DNA from: Octopus vulgaris
Taxonomy: Eukaryota
Assembly (NCBI GenBank): GCA_951406725.2
Contig: OX597815.1
Coordinates: 163,680,001 to 163,744,000 of the forward strand
Reading direction: 5' to 3'
DNA length: 64,000 nucleotides
Under the pieces are notes generated by a model. It saw only the letters and a list, made by a program, of their open reading frames with translations, had not been told where the DNA came from and did not search any database. Positions 40,252-55,373 of this stretch are shown here, piece by piece (the first letter of the stretch is position 1; each line of letters opens with the position of its first letter). The position numbers and the translations under genes are program-made.

Positions 40252-40531
40252 TGTATGTATGTATGTATGCATGTATGTATGTATATATGCATGTATGTAT
40301 TTATGTATGCTTTTTCTGTTGTACTTACTCTGCTTAAGTACATGCATTAGACGTCGAGACTTTCTGATCCCACCAGCCGGCGTTCTTCGGCTAATCCTGA
40401 TTTACATGCTCTTAAGTGTATCGATCGATATTAAACGGTTGATTGTGCCAAAGTGACATTGCAGGAGTAACATAGATGGGAAGAACATTTCAGGACAAAG
40501 ACGCCTTCTAGCAACCGAGCAACTGTTTGTT

Positions 40532-41000
<469 letters not shown>

Positions 41001-41562
41001 AAGAACAAGAACAAGAAGATTCAGTCCAAGGAGGGTGGGCTGTGACAAAGATACGATACCGAACATAAAAAGAAATAAAAACAAGAAAGAAAGAATGCGG
41101 AGACGTAAAAGATGAAGATGAAATTAAAAGAAGTTAAAGAACGAAAGAAAGAAAGAAAGAAAGAACGAAAGGAAGGAAGAAAGAAAAAAAGGAAAAAGAA
41201 AAAGAAAGGAAGATAAATAGATACATATATAATAATACATATATTCATACATGCATGCATGCATACATGCATGCATACATACATACATACATGCATGCAT
41301 GCATACATACATACATACATACATACATACATGTACACATAGAAAAAGAATGGAAGAAAATTCTTTGAATTCTGATGTGTAAGTGGAATGAAGGAAGAAT
41401 TTAAGAGATAAAGGAAGATGAAAATAACATGGAGACGCTGCTGTTGTGATTGCTGCTGTTGTTTTTGTAATTGTTGTTGTTGTTGTCCCCACCGTTTTTT
41501 GTTTCTGTCATCGTTTTTGTAAATAGCTGTTAACGTCAGCGTTTTTACAAAGAATAGTTATC

Positions 41563-42208
41563 AGGCGTAGGAGTGGCTGTGTGGTAAGTAGCTTGCTTAC
41601 GAACGACATGGATCCGGGTTCAGTCTCACTGCGTGGCCCCTTGGGCAAGTGTCTTCTACTATAGCTTCGGGCCGACCAAAGCTTTTTGAGTGATTTGGTA
41701 GATGGAGACTGAAAGAAGCTCATCATATATGTATGTGTATATACATACATACATACATATATATATAAATTAAAATCTTAGGGTAGCAAGAATATTCATA
41801 GAAAAATTCTTAGTTACCAGTGGTCTAGCGAGAAAGAAAAAAATTAGTCAATAGACTATATATTATTCAAAGAAGAATACAGTGTACGTTCAAACACAAA
41901 AGAGATATTCTTCGGGTATCCTATTCTTCGGGTATCTCTTTTGTGTTTGAACGTACACTGTATTCTTCTTTGAATAATATGTATGTGTGTGTATATGTTT
42001 GTGCGTCTGTGTTTGTCCCTCCCAACATCACTTGACAACTGATGCTGGTGTGTTTACGTCCCCGTAACTTAACGGTTTGGCAAAAAAGACCGATAGAATA
42101 AGTACTAGGCTTATAAAGAATAAGTCCAGGGCTCGATTTGCTCGATTAAAAGGCGGTGTTCCAGCATGGCCACAGTCAAATGACTGAAACAAGTAAAAGA
42201 GTAAAAGA
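41563..42208 (+). mobile_element. Family A SINE with an insertion in its internal microsatellite ending in a perfect 48-bp hairpin
   Basis: SINE head ~41563-41725, foreign segment ~41765-41980, SINE tail ~42000-42208. Confidence 0.8.
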
Positions 42209-42419
42209 GACTATATGAAGGTAAGATTTTAAAAAATATTTGAGTGCTGCTTGTAGCCCCAGATCAGCTCTAATCACACTGATGTATTCCGGCCATGAAC
42301 ATCCCGTCTTTTCCCCCAAGATACTACAGTGTACCTAGGAGGAGAATATCTGAAACCGTTTTGCTTGTTTAAGACGATAAATCTTGATTTGAGGAACAAT
42401 TTGTTGGGTGTTTGCAACT

Positions 42420-43286
42420 GATGATAGGTTATATATTTCTTTACTGCCCACAAGGGGCTAAACATAGAGGGGGCAAACAAGGACAGACAAAGGGATTAAG
42501 TCGATTACATCGATCCCAGTGTGAAACTGGTACTTTATTTATCGACCCCGAAAGGATGAAAGGCAAAGTCGACCTCGGCGGAATTTAAATTCAGAACGTA
42601 ACGGTAGACGAAATACCGCTAAGCATTTCGCCCGGCGCACTAACGTTTCTGCCAACTCGCCGCCTTTAGGTTATATGACTAAGTGGAATAACGATACGTA
42701 ATGAAGCTGTTGGGCTGCAGCAGATGCTGATTGAATTGATAGAGGTGACGACAATAACGACGATGGGGATGAAGATGACGGCGATGACGATAAGTATGGT
42801 GCTTCTGATGTTTCTATAAAATACATGCTACGGGTTCTGATGCCTGACCGGGACGAATCCACTGATTTCTCTTATCAAAATTCGACGCCAAAGCCAGACA
42901 TTTTGAGGATTTTCCCGCAATTGTTTGCAGATGTTCACACGTCGTTGAGACTGATCATTTATCAGCTCCTGAGGAGCTTTCCGATAGCGTCTGTTCAAGC
43001 AACTATATATAACACCCTTCATAAAAATATTAAGGTAAATAAATAAATACCTGTTTCTTTACTACCCACAAAGGGCTAAACACAGAGGGGACAAACAAGG
43101 ACTGACAAACGGATTAAGTCGATTACATCGACTTCAGTGTTGTAACTGGTACGTAATTTATCGACGCCGAAATGATGAAAGGCAAAGTCGACCTCGGCGG
43201 AATTTGAACTCAGAACGTAACGGCAGGTGAAATATCGCTAAGCATTTCGCCTGACAGCGCTAACGTTTCTGCCAACTCGCCGCCTT
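42420..43286 (-). mobile_element. Two family B SINE copies (~42420-42666, ~43045-43286)
   Basis: Both end GCCAACTCGCCGCCTT and share ATGAAAGGCAAAGTCGACCTCGGCGGAATTT. Confidence 0.85.
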
Positions 43287-43717
43287 ATGATTAAATAAAT
43301 ACCCTCTCCATACACATACCATACAAGTGTTTAACATCAAATCTTGATGAAGAACGACAAAAAAAACAACAAAAAATCTCCAGACGTAATGGGATTACAA
43401 TGGACGGACTGGAATGAATTTATACCTTTAGTATATATTACAGCCCACGCAGTCTCTAGTTCATCATCATCGTCTTGGTTTTAACGTTTACGTTTCTTGC
43501 TTGCATGGGTCAGACGGAGTTCATTGAGGTATATTTTCTACGGTCAGATGCTCTTGCTGTCGCCAACCCTCACCTATTTCCAAGCAAGTTAATATTTCCC
43601 CATGGCCAGACATGTTCTCCTAGAATATTAGAGATGAATGACACTACTTGAATGAGGGGGAGAGCAGTCATTTACAGCTACCATATTATAACGAGATAAT
43701 GGGACGGAAGCACATAT

Positions 43718-43831
<114 letters not shown>

Positions 43832-43840
43832 CATACATAC

Positions 43841-43879
<39 letters not shown>

Positions 43880-43880
43880 C

Positions 43881-43995
<115 letters not shown>

Positions 43996-44268
43996 TATAT
44001 ACACACCAAACCCACTCGTCGGTCCTTAGCGCAGATTCTGGGGCTTCTTCCTCTTCATCACAATCAACTTTGCACAAAATGCTGGGAATTGTCTTCAGTC
44101 ATGATATTTAAAGCCTGTAGTAGTATCCTTCGCGTTTCTGGGAGCTTATACATACACACACACATATATACATACATACATGCACACATATATACATACA
44201 TACATGCACACATATATACATGCACACATATATACATACATGCACACATGTATGCATGTATGCATCTA

Positions 44269-44336
<68 letters not shown>

Positions 44337-45850
44337 AATCTATTTATATATATATATACATACATACGTACATACATACATACATACATACATACATACA
44401 TACATACATACATACATACGTACGTACGTACGTACGTACATACATATGAGCATCACTTACACTGGGAATATTATAAACATTAAAACTATTTCCTCTTACT
44501 CGCACTCCTAGAAATAGATATTCGTTTACAAAACCCAATAATAACTTTCATCTATGTTCTATGGCCAAAACCCATCGAGGTCATCTTTTCATCCATACAG
44601 AGGTTAATAAAATACGTATCTGAAATACATCAACAAAAACCTCTTTTTTAGAAATTAGCTTTCATTCTAACAAATCAATAATAATCGCTTTCATCTATTC
44701 TAAAAAGAAAATTCATTCTTCTACAACCATCTTTACTTTAAAAATTAGACAACTTTCATATTTTTTTGTTTGTCATATTTTTTCCTCAAAGCATTAGAAT
44801 GTCTCCACACTGACTTAATTAGTGAATCATAATTTATGATCTTTACTGTTTCAATCGGATTACATACAAAATTTCCTGTCACTAATTTCGAGCCAGAATT
44901 ATAAGGTATTATGGTAGAATATCTCTTTCAGTGCAGCAAATCGACTAGGAAGGGTTCCATTTGTCACATGAGAAAAGGGTTGTACGTGGAGAAGCTTTGA
45001 TGCTCTAATGATTCAGTACTGATTCTGTTTTAACGTTAGGATAAAATATAATCCGCTTAATTTATACGAATTTCACTTATGAGTCAGAGTAACAGAATAA
45101 ACTATTAGATAATTAGGGGATATCCAAGAAAGCTATCAGGCTGTCGGGATAATTGTCAGAGAACTGAGTAAATTGAATTAAGTTACCGGAAGTTTTATAT
45201 GACAATTCTATTTTATTAACACAACCGTCTTTTCTTTCCTCTTTCAAGTGCTGTCTAGAAGTGTCGCTATTAAAGGAAAACATTATATGATTGATAAACA
45301 GTATTATTGAATTCTAACACAAGCCACAGATATCGTACACATTATTCATGGCAATTATCATATATTTTTATAGCTGAATTCTTGACAGCCAATGCTTTTC
45401 TTCTGTTTCTGCTGATATTCAGAGGCTGGAAGATAAATTTCTCCTTGGATAGTTGATAGATGAATCTTTCTTGCTAGTTAGAGTAATACACTGCAATGCC
45501 AGACTGACAGCGGGATTGGTACGAAGGAATTACTCTATCCTGTTTTAAAATATTTATTGCCATATAGACAGGTCACGTTGTTTCTAAGACATTGGATAAT
45601 TGTAGTACAGTCATTGGTTTGAAAGTTTTGACACAAGACCAGCAATTTCGGGTGGGGACAGTTAAGTCGATTACATCGAACTCCCCAGTGTTCAGCTGGT
45701 ACTTATTTTATCGACCACGAAGGGATGAAAAACAAAGTCGACTCTGGGGGAATTTGAACTCAGAACATAAGGACGGACAAAAAATCGCTAAGCATTTTAC
45801 CTGGTGTGCTAAAGATTCTACCAGCTCACTGCGTTACAATCGTGTTGCAA

Positions 45851-46232
45851 TCTATCTATACATATAAAGCTGAAGTTGTCTGTGTATGGCAGGTTTGATA
45901 GCCTTCAACTAACACTATCTCCTCCGAGACCCTGCGGCGTAAGTTGACCAAAATTGAGAGTATGATAGAAGAAGGCTTGCTCTTCTTTCCGTAGACGAAA
46001 ATATTGAAATCAGACCATGTTAACACGAAAGATTATTTTCATCAAAAAGGTGTTTTTTTCTATGAAAATCCCTATTTTTTTACGATTTTTTTACTGCTGT
46101 GTTACCATTTCAACCAGAAAAATGTTCACTTAAAGAGAATAACAAGCTACCTAATGCAAAATTTTTACTATTCAAAAATTCCAATTCTAAAGGGTCGAAA
46201 CAAATCCGAGCAACGCCGGGCGATACTGCTAG
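45851..46232 (+). mobile_element. Non-autonomous Helitron
   Basis: 5' TC start after A (45850), subterminal hairpin CCGAGC-AAC-GCCGG, 3' CTAG followed by T; no TSD. Confidence 0.75.
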
Positions 46233-47092
46233 TTATAGAATACAGACTACTCCTGTCAGTTTATTTGTCCGGTTGCTTGTCGACCTTGCCATCCGTATGA
46301 TATTAAATTATCATTCATAAAACGGTTTACTAATTCTATATGACCAAAAGTTAGAGAAGCTGTTTGCATTTATGCATTTATACATGTACGAAATTATACG
46401 CGTAACTTTTTGTGTATAATATTCTTACCAATTTTGAAACAAGGCCAGCGACTTTTAGTGAAGAGTGCAAGTCGATAACATTGGCATCGATGCTCAAATG
46501 GTACTTATTTTATCGACCTTGAAAAGGCGAAAGGCAGAATGGACCTCGTCAGAATTTTAACTCAGAAGAACCAGAAGAAATACCGCAAAGTATTTTTCCG
46601 ACATGCTAATAATTCTGCCAGCTCGCTGCCTTTTGTCTTTGTCTATAAATTTTATTCTGTATCGATGTAACGCGATGTTTCGATGTAACGCCTTCAGTAA
46701 AATCTATCTTAACTATGAACATCTAACGCGATCATAAACGCAATATCTATATTATTCTGCTTGTCACGAAATATGTACGAGTGTTACGCATTTAAAATTA
46801 TGATGAAAGAATATTATGAAGCCCTATGAGATTTTTGCATCCAGAAGAAAAGAATATCTATTAAGTGTGAAATTTCCATGGGTTTTGTTATATACAAATG
46901 GTAAAAGAATTCACTGATCAAACAAAAAATGAAATTGATAAAAATCTATTATAGATAGCTGATCAATATTCTATTCCTTTATTCTTTTATTTGTTTCAGT
47001 CATTTGACTGGAGCACCGCCTTTAGTCGAACAGATCGACCTCGGGCTTATTCTTTTTAAGCCTGGTACTTATTCTATCTGGTACTTATTCTA

Positions 47093-47191
<99 letters not shown>

Positions 47192-47629
47192 GATGGACTT
47201 CTTTCAGTTTCCGTCTACCAAATTCATCCAGAAGGCCTTGGTCAGCTCGGGGCTATAGTAGAAGATGAAAACATTACATCAGTTTGAAAGAAACCGCTCT
47301 CTTCAGATGCAGATGATAATATTGATTTCAAACGTAAAAGATAAACCATTTTTAGCAAATTTACATCAATAATAGAAAGCAAAATATACTACATTGTTTC
47401 TTTATGTTATATCTGTTGCAGAATGACTTGAGAAAATAAAGCATATCTTAAGCATATCTTATCAAGCCTACTATAATTTAGTGAGTGGTAGAAGAAAAAT
47501 AGTGGGGAGGGGGGTCATGATAAAGGAGTGGTGACGTGGTTATTTATACTTAGAAGATTTTGTGCAGCATGTAGTCTTCAACCATTTAGAATTTAATCCA
47601 TTGGAAGTTGTCAACTGTATTCTAGTTGA

Positions 47630-48772
47630 TTTATCACCTTCTTGGAAGCCCCTCTTCCAAAATTCACATGTCCGTGACGAAAAATACTCTCCCAGTACTG
47701 TTCTAACCTCGTCTACAGGATTCATATTTTTTATGTTCAAATGATTTTGAAGAATGCAGAATAAATGATAATCAGATGGGGCAATGTCCGACGAATATGA
47801 TGGGTGGGGCACCGTTTCCATTCAAACTTCTCCAGCCTTTGGAATACCATCCTCCCTGTACGTGGCCGAGCAATATCCTTATGGACGAACACTTTTTGTC
47901 TTGGAACCAAAGATAGTCGTTTTTCTTCTAGCGCTGACTTAAGCCGCCCAAGCTGTTCGCAATAGTTCTATGTTATCGTTTGGTTTGAGTTTAAAAGTTC
48001 GAAGTGGACTAAACCTTTCATATCCCACTAAACTGATAACAACACCTTACGGGGATGAACACCTTCTTTAGCCTGGGTTACCGGTGTTTCTCTGTCTTGG
48101 CACTTGACAATTTTATAGAGAACCCATTTCTCATCACCTGTCAATATTCGGTCCAAAAAAAGATTTATTCGTGAAACGTGACAGCAAAGAAGAGCACACA
48201 TTCACTCTCTGCGCGCCATTAGACTGAGAAAGTTTGAAGAACCCATTGACCCAATTCACTGACTTTTCCGATGGCGTGCAGATATCGATGAATGGTTGCA
48301 TGACCATATCCATGCTTCTCTGCTAGTTCCTCAAAAGTTACGATGAAATTTTTTTCGACCAGTGTTTGCAGGACGTCCTCGTCGAGTTCTACAGATGTTC
48401 CAGGATGAGGTTCGTCTTCTAGGCTGTAGTTTCCGGCACGGAATTTCTGGGACCACCGTTGACACTGGCTTACGCTTATTGTCGGATCCCCATATACTGC
48501 ATTAATATTCCTCGCACTTTCCGTTGCGTTGTTGCCTTTATTGAACTCATAAAGCAAAATATACTGAATATGCCCCTTTGTCACTTCCATTATGATTTTC
48601 AAAGAATAGCTGTTAAAATTGAACTGCACTCTTCAGAACTTGCACAAAGAATAAGTCTCAGGTAAACTTATTAACCTGCTTTTATAGTAAGTTGATGTAG
48701 GTAGCTTATCCCGTCCCCCTCCGACATTAAATTAATGCATTAAAAAGTACACATTACTTATGGATAATCCAA
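47630..48772 (-). mobile_element. Near full-length decayed mariner transposon
   Basis: MEVTKGHIQYILLYEFNKGNNATESARNINAVYG..RWSQKFRAGNYSLEDEP..GQWV (HTH region) and HPSYSSDIAPSDYHLF; frameshifts/stops between; left end TTGGATTATCCATAAGTAATG. Confidence 0.92.
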
Positions 48773-49955
48773 TGTGTGTGTGTGTATAAATATATATATA
48801 TATCTAATTTTTGGGAATAGTATATCTCGAGGCACACACAAAAAGCTGTAAATAATCGCATGTAAATATTGAGCAGAAAACCCCTTTTGGATAGAAAAAG
48901 TCGAAGGCCGTAGATATATCTATATATATCTGTGTACGCACACACACACACACACACACACATACACAAACACACACACCAACACACACACACAGATACG
49001 CACCCACACATTTACGCATATACGTATGCTTACATTTAGTGACGCATTTGGAAGAATAGATAAGGAATACATTCAAATCACGGGGTTGTTCGCTTTATTT
49101 CAATTGGTGGCATCATGGGCAGATGTCATTTTCCATAACCCCATCTCTATAGAAACCGTTTAAATGCAAGCCGTATAGAAGCTCGTCACAATAATATACC
49201 TGTAATTCAAAACGTAAAGCCATCTCAGGTATTCTGTTACGCTGTTTCTGCATACGCAAGCGCGTACACACCCTCGTAACAAGTTTCAATATAGTATTTC
49301 TCTTGTTTATATTAAACCCCGCAAGGCATTGGTCAACCTCAGGCTAAGGTAGATAGCATTTGCCCTAATTGCTACGAAGAGGAAATGAAACTAGAACCAC
49401 ATAGCTGTCAAGTGAGCATCTTAATGACAAGGTCTGCTTTACGCTTATAAGCGAATATCAGTCATATTGTGGAGAATAGATGCATGCATGCGAGAGAAAG
49501 GGAGTGTGTGTAAGAGTGTGCGTCTATGTATGTTCGCGTATAGGAGTACAGTTGTTGTATTTCCGGGACGTTTTGCAGATCCATTAACGTTTAAATTATC
49601 AGATTTGAAGTTTGCGAATTAATCAATCCCTGTCCATTATTATAAAACACAGCTTTTGAAGATTGATTTTGAAGCAGTTTGTCACGTAAACAAGTCTTTC
49701 ATGACTATCCTTCAAGGAACTCGACATGGTCATGTTGACCGAACGAACAATGGTGTTTCTACGCAGTTACGACAACATAATGAGTGAGTCTTTTTCACCA
49801 CTGCAAATTTGCTATTAGTAGCAGCCAAGTGTTCTTCCAATAATACATAACCACTGGGGTACATAAAGATGAATGCAGTGGACGATTTGGTTATTACACA
49901 CAGTTCTCTCAAAAGCAAGTGCACACGATTATTTTTCAAAGTTTTATTTGTAAAA

Positions 49956-50361
49956 ATGTGGCACGAGGATTCCAGTTGATCCGACCAACGGAACAGCCTG
50001 CTCGTGGAATTAACATGCATGTGGCTGAGCACTCCACAGTCACGTGTACCCTAACAACTAGATAAAGTATATAAAGCATCAAATGACATTTCATTTCTAC
50101 AAAAGTGAAGGCACGTGGCTTAGTGGTTAGGATATTCGGCTCGCGATCGTAAGAGCGTGAGTTCAATTCGAGGTGAGGCGTTGTGTCCTTGAGCAAGACA
50201 CTTTATTTCACGTTGCTCCAGTCCACTCAGCTGGCAAAAATGAGTAGTGCCTGTATTTCAAAGGGCCAGCCTTGTCACACTCTGTATCACGTAGAATTGC
50301 CTTCATTTTTGTAGAAATGAAATGTCATTTGATGCTTTTAAATACTTTATCTAATTGTTAG
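49956..50361. mobile_element. Family C SINE split by an inversion, with ~63-bp inverted duplication of the flank
   Basis: SINE 3' part reverse-complemented at 49956-50050, 5' part forward at ~50110-50296; arms 50051-50113 and 50298-50361. Confidence 0.8.
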
Positions 50362-51554
50362 TAGACATGCATTTTGCAGTTCGTAATTTGATCGGTTTGG
50401 GTATCGTTCTAATGTGTTAAAAAATTGCTTCGTTTGGAATTTCTGCCCAGGCTTCACATATTGCGATCAGCATGTTGTTCAGAGGCCCCAGGGTGACCTG
50501 AATGAGATGCTGTTGATTACTTTCCTTTGCTAGTGAATTGTGCAATCTCTTTGTTGACTGTATCAAGAGGAAGCCCAAGGTTTTGTGCAATCTTACTCTG
50601 GCTAAGTCTACCCTCAGATTGACACCAATACATCTTTGAATCAGATAATAGTTTTACTTCTGGCGTTTGCGACATGGCTAGTTGCTATAAATGATTAGGT
50701 TTCTGTAATCTGAGATGACAAAATAATAATACGTTAACAAGTTTAAAGCATCAGGTAGTGTCAACACAGGTAAAATAGTTTAACGAGGAGTGTCTATTTA
50801 CTTTTGAAGTGTCTGTATATAAGAAATCAGTATGCAACAATATGTTCGACTGTTTTACTAATATTCTTTAATTTTTCTTTCTTAGACAATATGGATAAAT
50901 GTTGCCCTATATTTGAGCCCTCTGTATAAAACTTAGAAACCAACCTCTACCACACTCTTCTACATTGACAGCGACGTTAAAATTTTCGGAAGAGGCACAA
51001 CATCTGTCCAAATAGCAATTGTATGTTGTATTGTTCTAAAAACAAAGGCGGAAGGATTACTGATGCAATTCTTTTGATCATAGGTTTGTTCGATCAGTGC
51101 TAACCTTGGGATAAATTGTATAGTATCAATCTTTATGGGAATGTTTGCAGCGTGTTATTTTAAGGTTGCTGCAAATAATGCGGTCCATATCTTCAACCTT
51201 ACTTCTGCAAAGCCGAAACACATTGTCTTATCTGGTCACACTGCCCGTCTCTCAATCCTTTCTTTAAATGCATAAGAATTTTCTTTGATATTCTCTATTC
51301 CTAAGTTATAAAGGATACTCTTCCATATGAAATATAGCTGTCACTGGTCTACATTATCCCCATTTGTCTATAGTAAAGCATTTCTCACGTTTTGGGACAA
51401 CATCATCATGTATAACTTCTCCCTAGTCTGTTGTTAGAGTAGAAGTTCAGCTCTCCGGATAAACGTTTGTAGTCACCCAGTATCAAATATATTTACTTAG
51501 GATTTCTTTAACGACACACATGGTGCAATTTATTTCAATGTATAAGGGCGATAT

Positions 51555-52110
51555 ATTCTTTTCTACTCTAGACACAAGGCCGAAAATTTTTGAGGAGGGG
51601 GTCAATCGATTAGATTGACCCAGTACGCAACTAGTACTTAATTTATCAACCCCGAAAGGATCAAAGACAAAGTCGACCTCGGCGGAATTTGAACTCGGAA
51701 CGTACAGACAGAAGAAATACCTGTTTCTTTATTACCTACAAGGGGCTAAACACAGAAAGGACAAACAAGGACAGACAAACGGATTAAGTCGATTATATCG
51801 ACCCCAGTGCGTAACTGGTACTTAATTTATCGACCCCGAAAGGATCAAAGGCAAAGTCGACCTCAGCGGAATTTGAATGCAGAACGTAACGGCAGACGAA
51901 ATACGGCTACGCATTTCGTCCGGCGTGCTAACGTTTCTACCAGCTTGCCGCCCTACAAGGGCGATACATTAGCAGAATCGAAAGTGTTTGCGGTATTTAA
52001 TCTGATTCCTTATCTTCTGAGTTCAAATACTACCGAGGTCACTTTTGCCTTTCATCTTTTCGAGGGTGATAAATAAAGTCATGTACTGGAATTGATTTAA
52101 TCGACTAACC
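51555..52110. mobile_element. Tandem family B SINE (-) 51555-51953 inserted in the head of a (+) family B copy; TSD-like AAGGGCGATA
   Basis: AAGGGCGATA at ~51544 and ~51957; family B cores in both orientations. Confidence 0.7.
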
Positions 52111-52139
52111 CGTCCATAATTATTTTACAATTATTTCCA

Positions 52140-52412
52140 CTAGCGGAACCCATAAATATTTCACGGAATTATGGTCAACTTATTGGGTTATTTCTGGAAA
52201 TTTTATCCAAAAAACTTAGTTAAAAAGAATTACGCATTTCACTCACCATCACCTCTCACCCCTCCCATCTTCTCCCATTCTCCCCCTCTCGCATCCGTCC
52301 CCTCCCCGCTCCTCACCACCCAACTCCTCCCATTCCTACCCACTTCAACTAATGGTGTGGAAGCGTTACGGACGGGCTAAGTAACGGAGTGAGAAACAGA
52401 ATTATTATAAGA
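52140..52412 (-). mobile_element. Non-autonomous Helitron-like element
   Basis: Reverse strand begins TCTTATAATAA, ends CCGTGAA-ATA-TTTATGG-GTTCCG-CTAG, inserted between A and T. Confidence 0.55.
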
Positions 52413-53263
52413 TGCTTGCAGCAGACTGCTCCGTCCGTGTTCTACAACACATGCGGATTACTATAAACTGTCGAAGGAATTCAACGTATCCTTCAATTCC
52501 TATTTCGACAAACTCTTTGCTCCTTAGTCATTTTTTTCATCGGAGTTATATTTAGAAAATTAATGTTGCTGCTGATGTAGAAGCTTCTAGTGACAATTTT
52601 CAAGTTTTACACTTACGGATCAAATACACTGTAACAGCTATCACTGTAGCCAAAACGGTCATATTGATTCTAGCCCAGCAAAACTTATTCTGGTTTGTTC
52701 ATTTCTGTTATAGTGAATGTATCGACCAGCTGTGCCTCGGTTTGTAAATACAATAGATAACTAAAGGCCACTGATCTGCCTGTGAACAGAAAATGACCAT
52801 ATTTGTTTTTGCTGATGGTGAAGGATTTTCTGATTTAATTTTCTTTATTATTACAGAATATGCTCTCCGCAATTTTCAAGTACAAATAGCGTCCTTCATT
52901 ACATCTGAATAATATATGGGTTGGCAATTGGTATATATTGCTAGGCACTTTTATTTTGGCTAAACATCATTCTAGAATGATAAAGTCCCTTTTGGCCGAG
53001 AACATAAGACTTAATAGGATATGGTGAACGGAGTTGGGCGTTTATTCACTTGGGTGGAACATATCTGACAGAAGCTATTACCAGTGTAAACAATATGATA
53101 TAATATTCTTCTTGGAAATTTTATGTATTCTTAACGAAATGCATCACAACAGAACCAGTCTCTCAACTTTCTGCATTTAATTTCAAAATAAGGCTTTACT
53201 TTTAGTCAGCATTAATTCACATGAATTATTTCCCAATGAAACGAGGACATACTTTCAAGAAGT

Positions 53264-53470
53264 TACTCTTTTACTCTTTTTCTTGTTTCAGTCATGCGAC
53301 TGTGGCCATGCTGGAGCACAGCCTTTAGTCGAGCAAATCGACTCCAGGGCCTATTCTTTGTAAGCTTAGTACTTATTCTATCGATCTCTTTTGCCGAACC
53401 GCTAAGTTACGGGGACGTAAACACACCAGCATCGGTTGTCAAGTGATGCTGGGGGACAAACACAGACACA

Positions 53471-53538
<68 letters not shown>

Positions 53539-53703
53539 CGTACATACGACGGGCTTCTTTCAGTTTCCGTCTACCAAATCCACTCATAAGGCTTTGGTCG
53601 GCCCGAGGCTATAGTAGAAGACACTTGCCTAAGGTGCCACGCAGTGGGACTGAACCACGTAGTTCGTAAGCAAGGTACTTACCACACAACCACTTCTACG
53701 CCT
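53264..53703 (-). mobile_element. Family A SINE, full-length (others 54741-55074 +, 55388-55630 +, 57415-57858 +, 59045-59420 +, 60575-60790 +)
   Basis: Same diagnostic blocks as 2279-2720. Confidence 0.85.
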
Positions 53704-55099
53704 ACGAATTAATTTCGCAAAATTTAATTTGTATCAGAGTTTTCAAAGGCAAATTAGAACTCAGAAGAATAAAATAGGAACCAGACGATTTTAAGCTTCG
53801 ATTTTGTTCACACTTGGCATTGGTTAGGCTGTTTCTTCTCGCTTTAGTTTCTCCTGAATACCATATCCATGCCCTTTTTAACAAATGACTATATAACTTG
53901 ATTTGACGGAATTCTCATTTTCTTGTTCAATGCGTTTTTGGTACTGGCCGAATGTTTTATTGATTATTGTTTTACATTCAGTTAATCGCCTCTGTTGCTA
54001 AGGAGTTATTAGCGTATATTCCAGTATTTTCACTCTCTTTTGCTAATATCAGTCGATTGGTTTCAGCCCCCGCAGGGGGTTCAGCCAGTTTATCTCCAAC
54101 TAAGATTGCTATAAAAATTTTTCGATATTAGGTGTTATTACTTAGCCTCTGTTCAACCTCGACTGATCAAGCGTATGTGTAAATTGATTCCAGGAGTGAC
54201 CGCACCAATTATTCTCGTACGTAATGCAGTTTTAATTTTTTGTTGGCCTGTAGTGAGTGATCTAAATGAAATTTAGCTGCTATATCTAGGAGGTCGAGCC
54301 ATCGGGTAATCACACATTTAATGACTCGTTTCAATCTTGGTAAGCCAAGAATTAATTTTCTTATTCGCATTTGACAAGTGTATTTTCTTTTTTTCTTTTT
54401 CAACAATAAGTAATGTCTTACGTAGATTAGAAGGTTTACACTCAATCCTGGGTTTCCATATTACATTTTTGTTGTTGTTCTTGTTATTATTATTGTTAGT
54501 TCTGATAATGACGCTGTTGCTGTTGTCGTTGTTATTGTTATTGCTTTTGCTTATGTAAAACGTAGATGTGTGAGCATGTATCTATGTGTATGTATGCATG
54601 TACGTATGGTATGTATGTTTATATGTGTGTGTGTTTGTGTGTGTATGTAAGTGTTCAAGTATCATAATAGCATGAAACTATTAGTAGCTCTTTCGGTTGT
54701 GTATTTAATTTTATATATATTTATATGTTTGTATGTTTATAGGCGTAGGAGTGGCTGTATGGTAAGTAGCTTGCTTACGAAACACATATTTCCAGGTTTA
54801 TAGCAGAAGACACTTGCCCAAGGTGCCACTGTGTGGCACCTTGGGCAAGTGTCTTCTACTATTGCCTCGGGTCGACCAAAGCCTTGTGAGTGGATTTTGT
54901 AGACGGAAACTGAAAGAAGCCCGTCGTACATATGTATGTGTGTGTATATGCTTGTGTGTCTGGGTTTGTCCTCCAAAACATCACTTGACAACCGATGCTG
55001 GTGTGTTTACGTCCCCGTTACTTAGCGGTTCGGCTAAAGAGACCGGTAGAATAAATACTAGGCTTACAAAGAATATATTCAATATGTGACTGCGTGTGT

Positions 55100-55292
55100 A
55101 TCGTTGGCAATTTTTTCCTCCGTCTTCCCTTCCTTGGATCTTTCCTTTTCCTATGTTTCTGACGAAGAGGTCCGCTTGAAACGTTAAATCCTCCTGCTTT
55201 CTTTCCTTTCCTGAGCGTCCAATAACACTATACTTGTTCCACGCCTTCGCGTTGTTGTGTTTTCATGTTTGGATTAACTATACACAAACACA

Positions 55293-55373
<81 letters not shown>

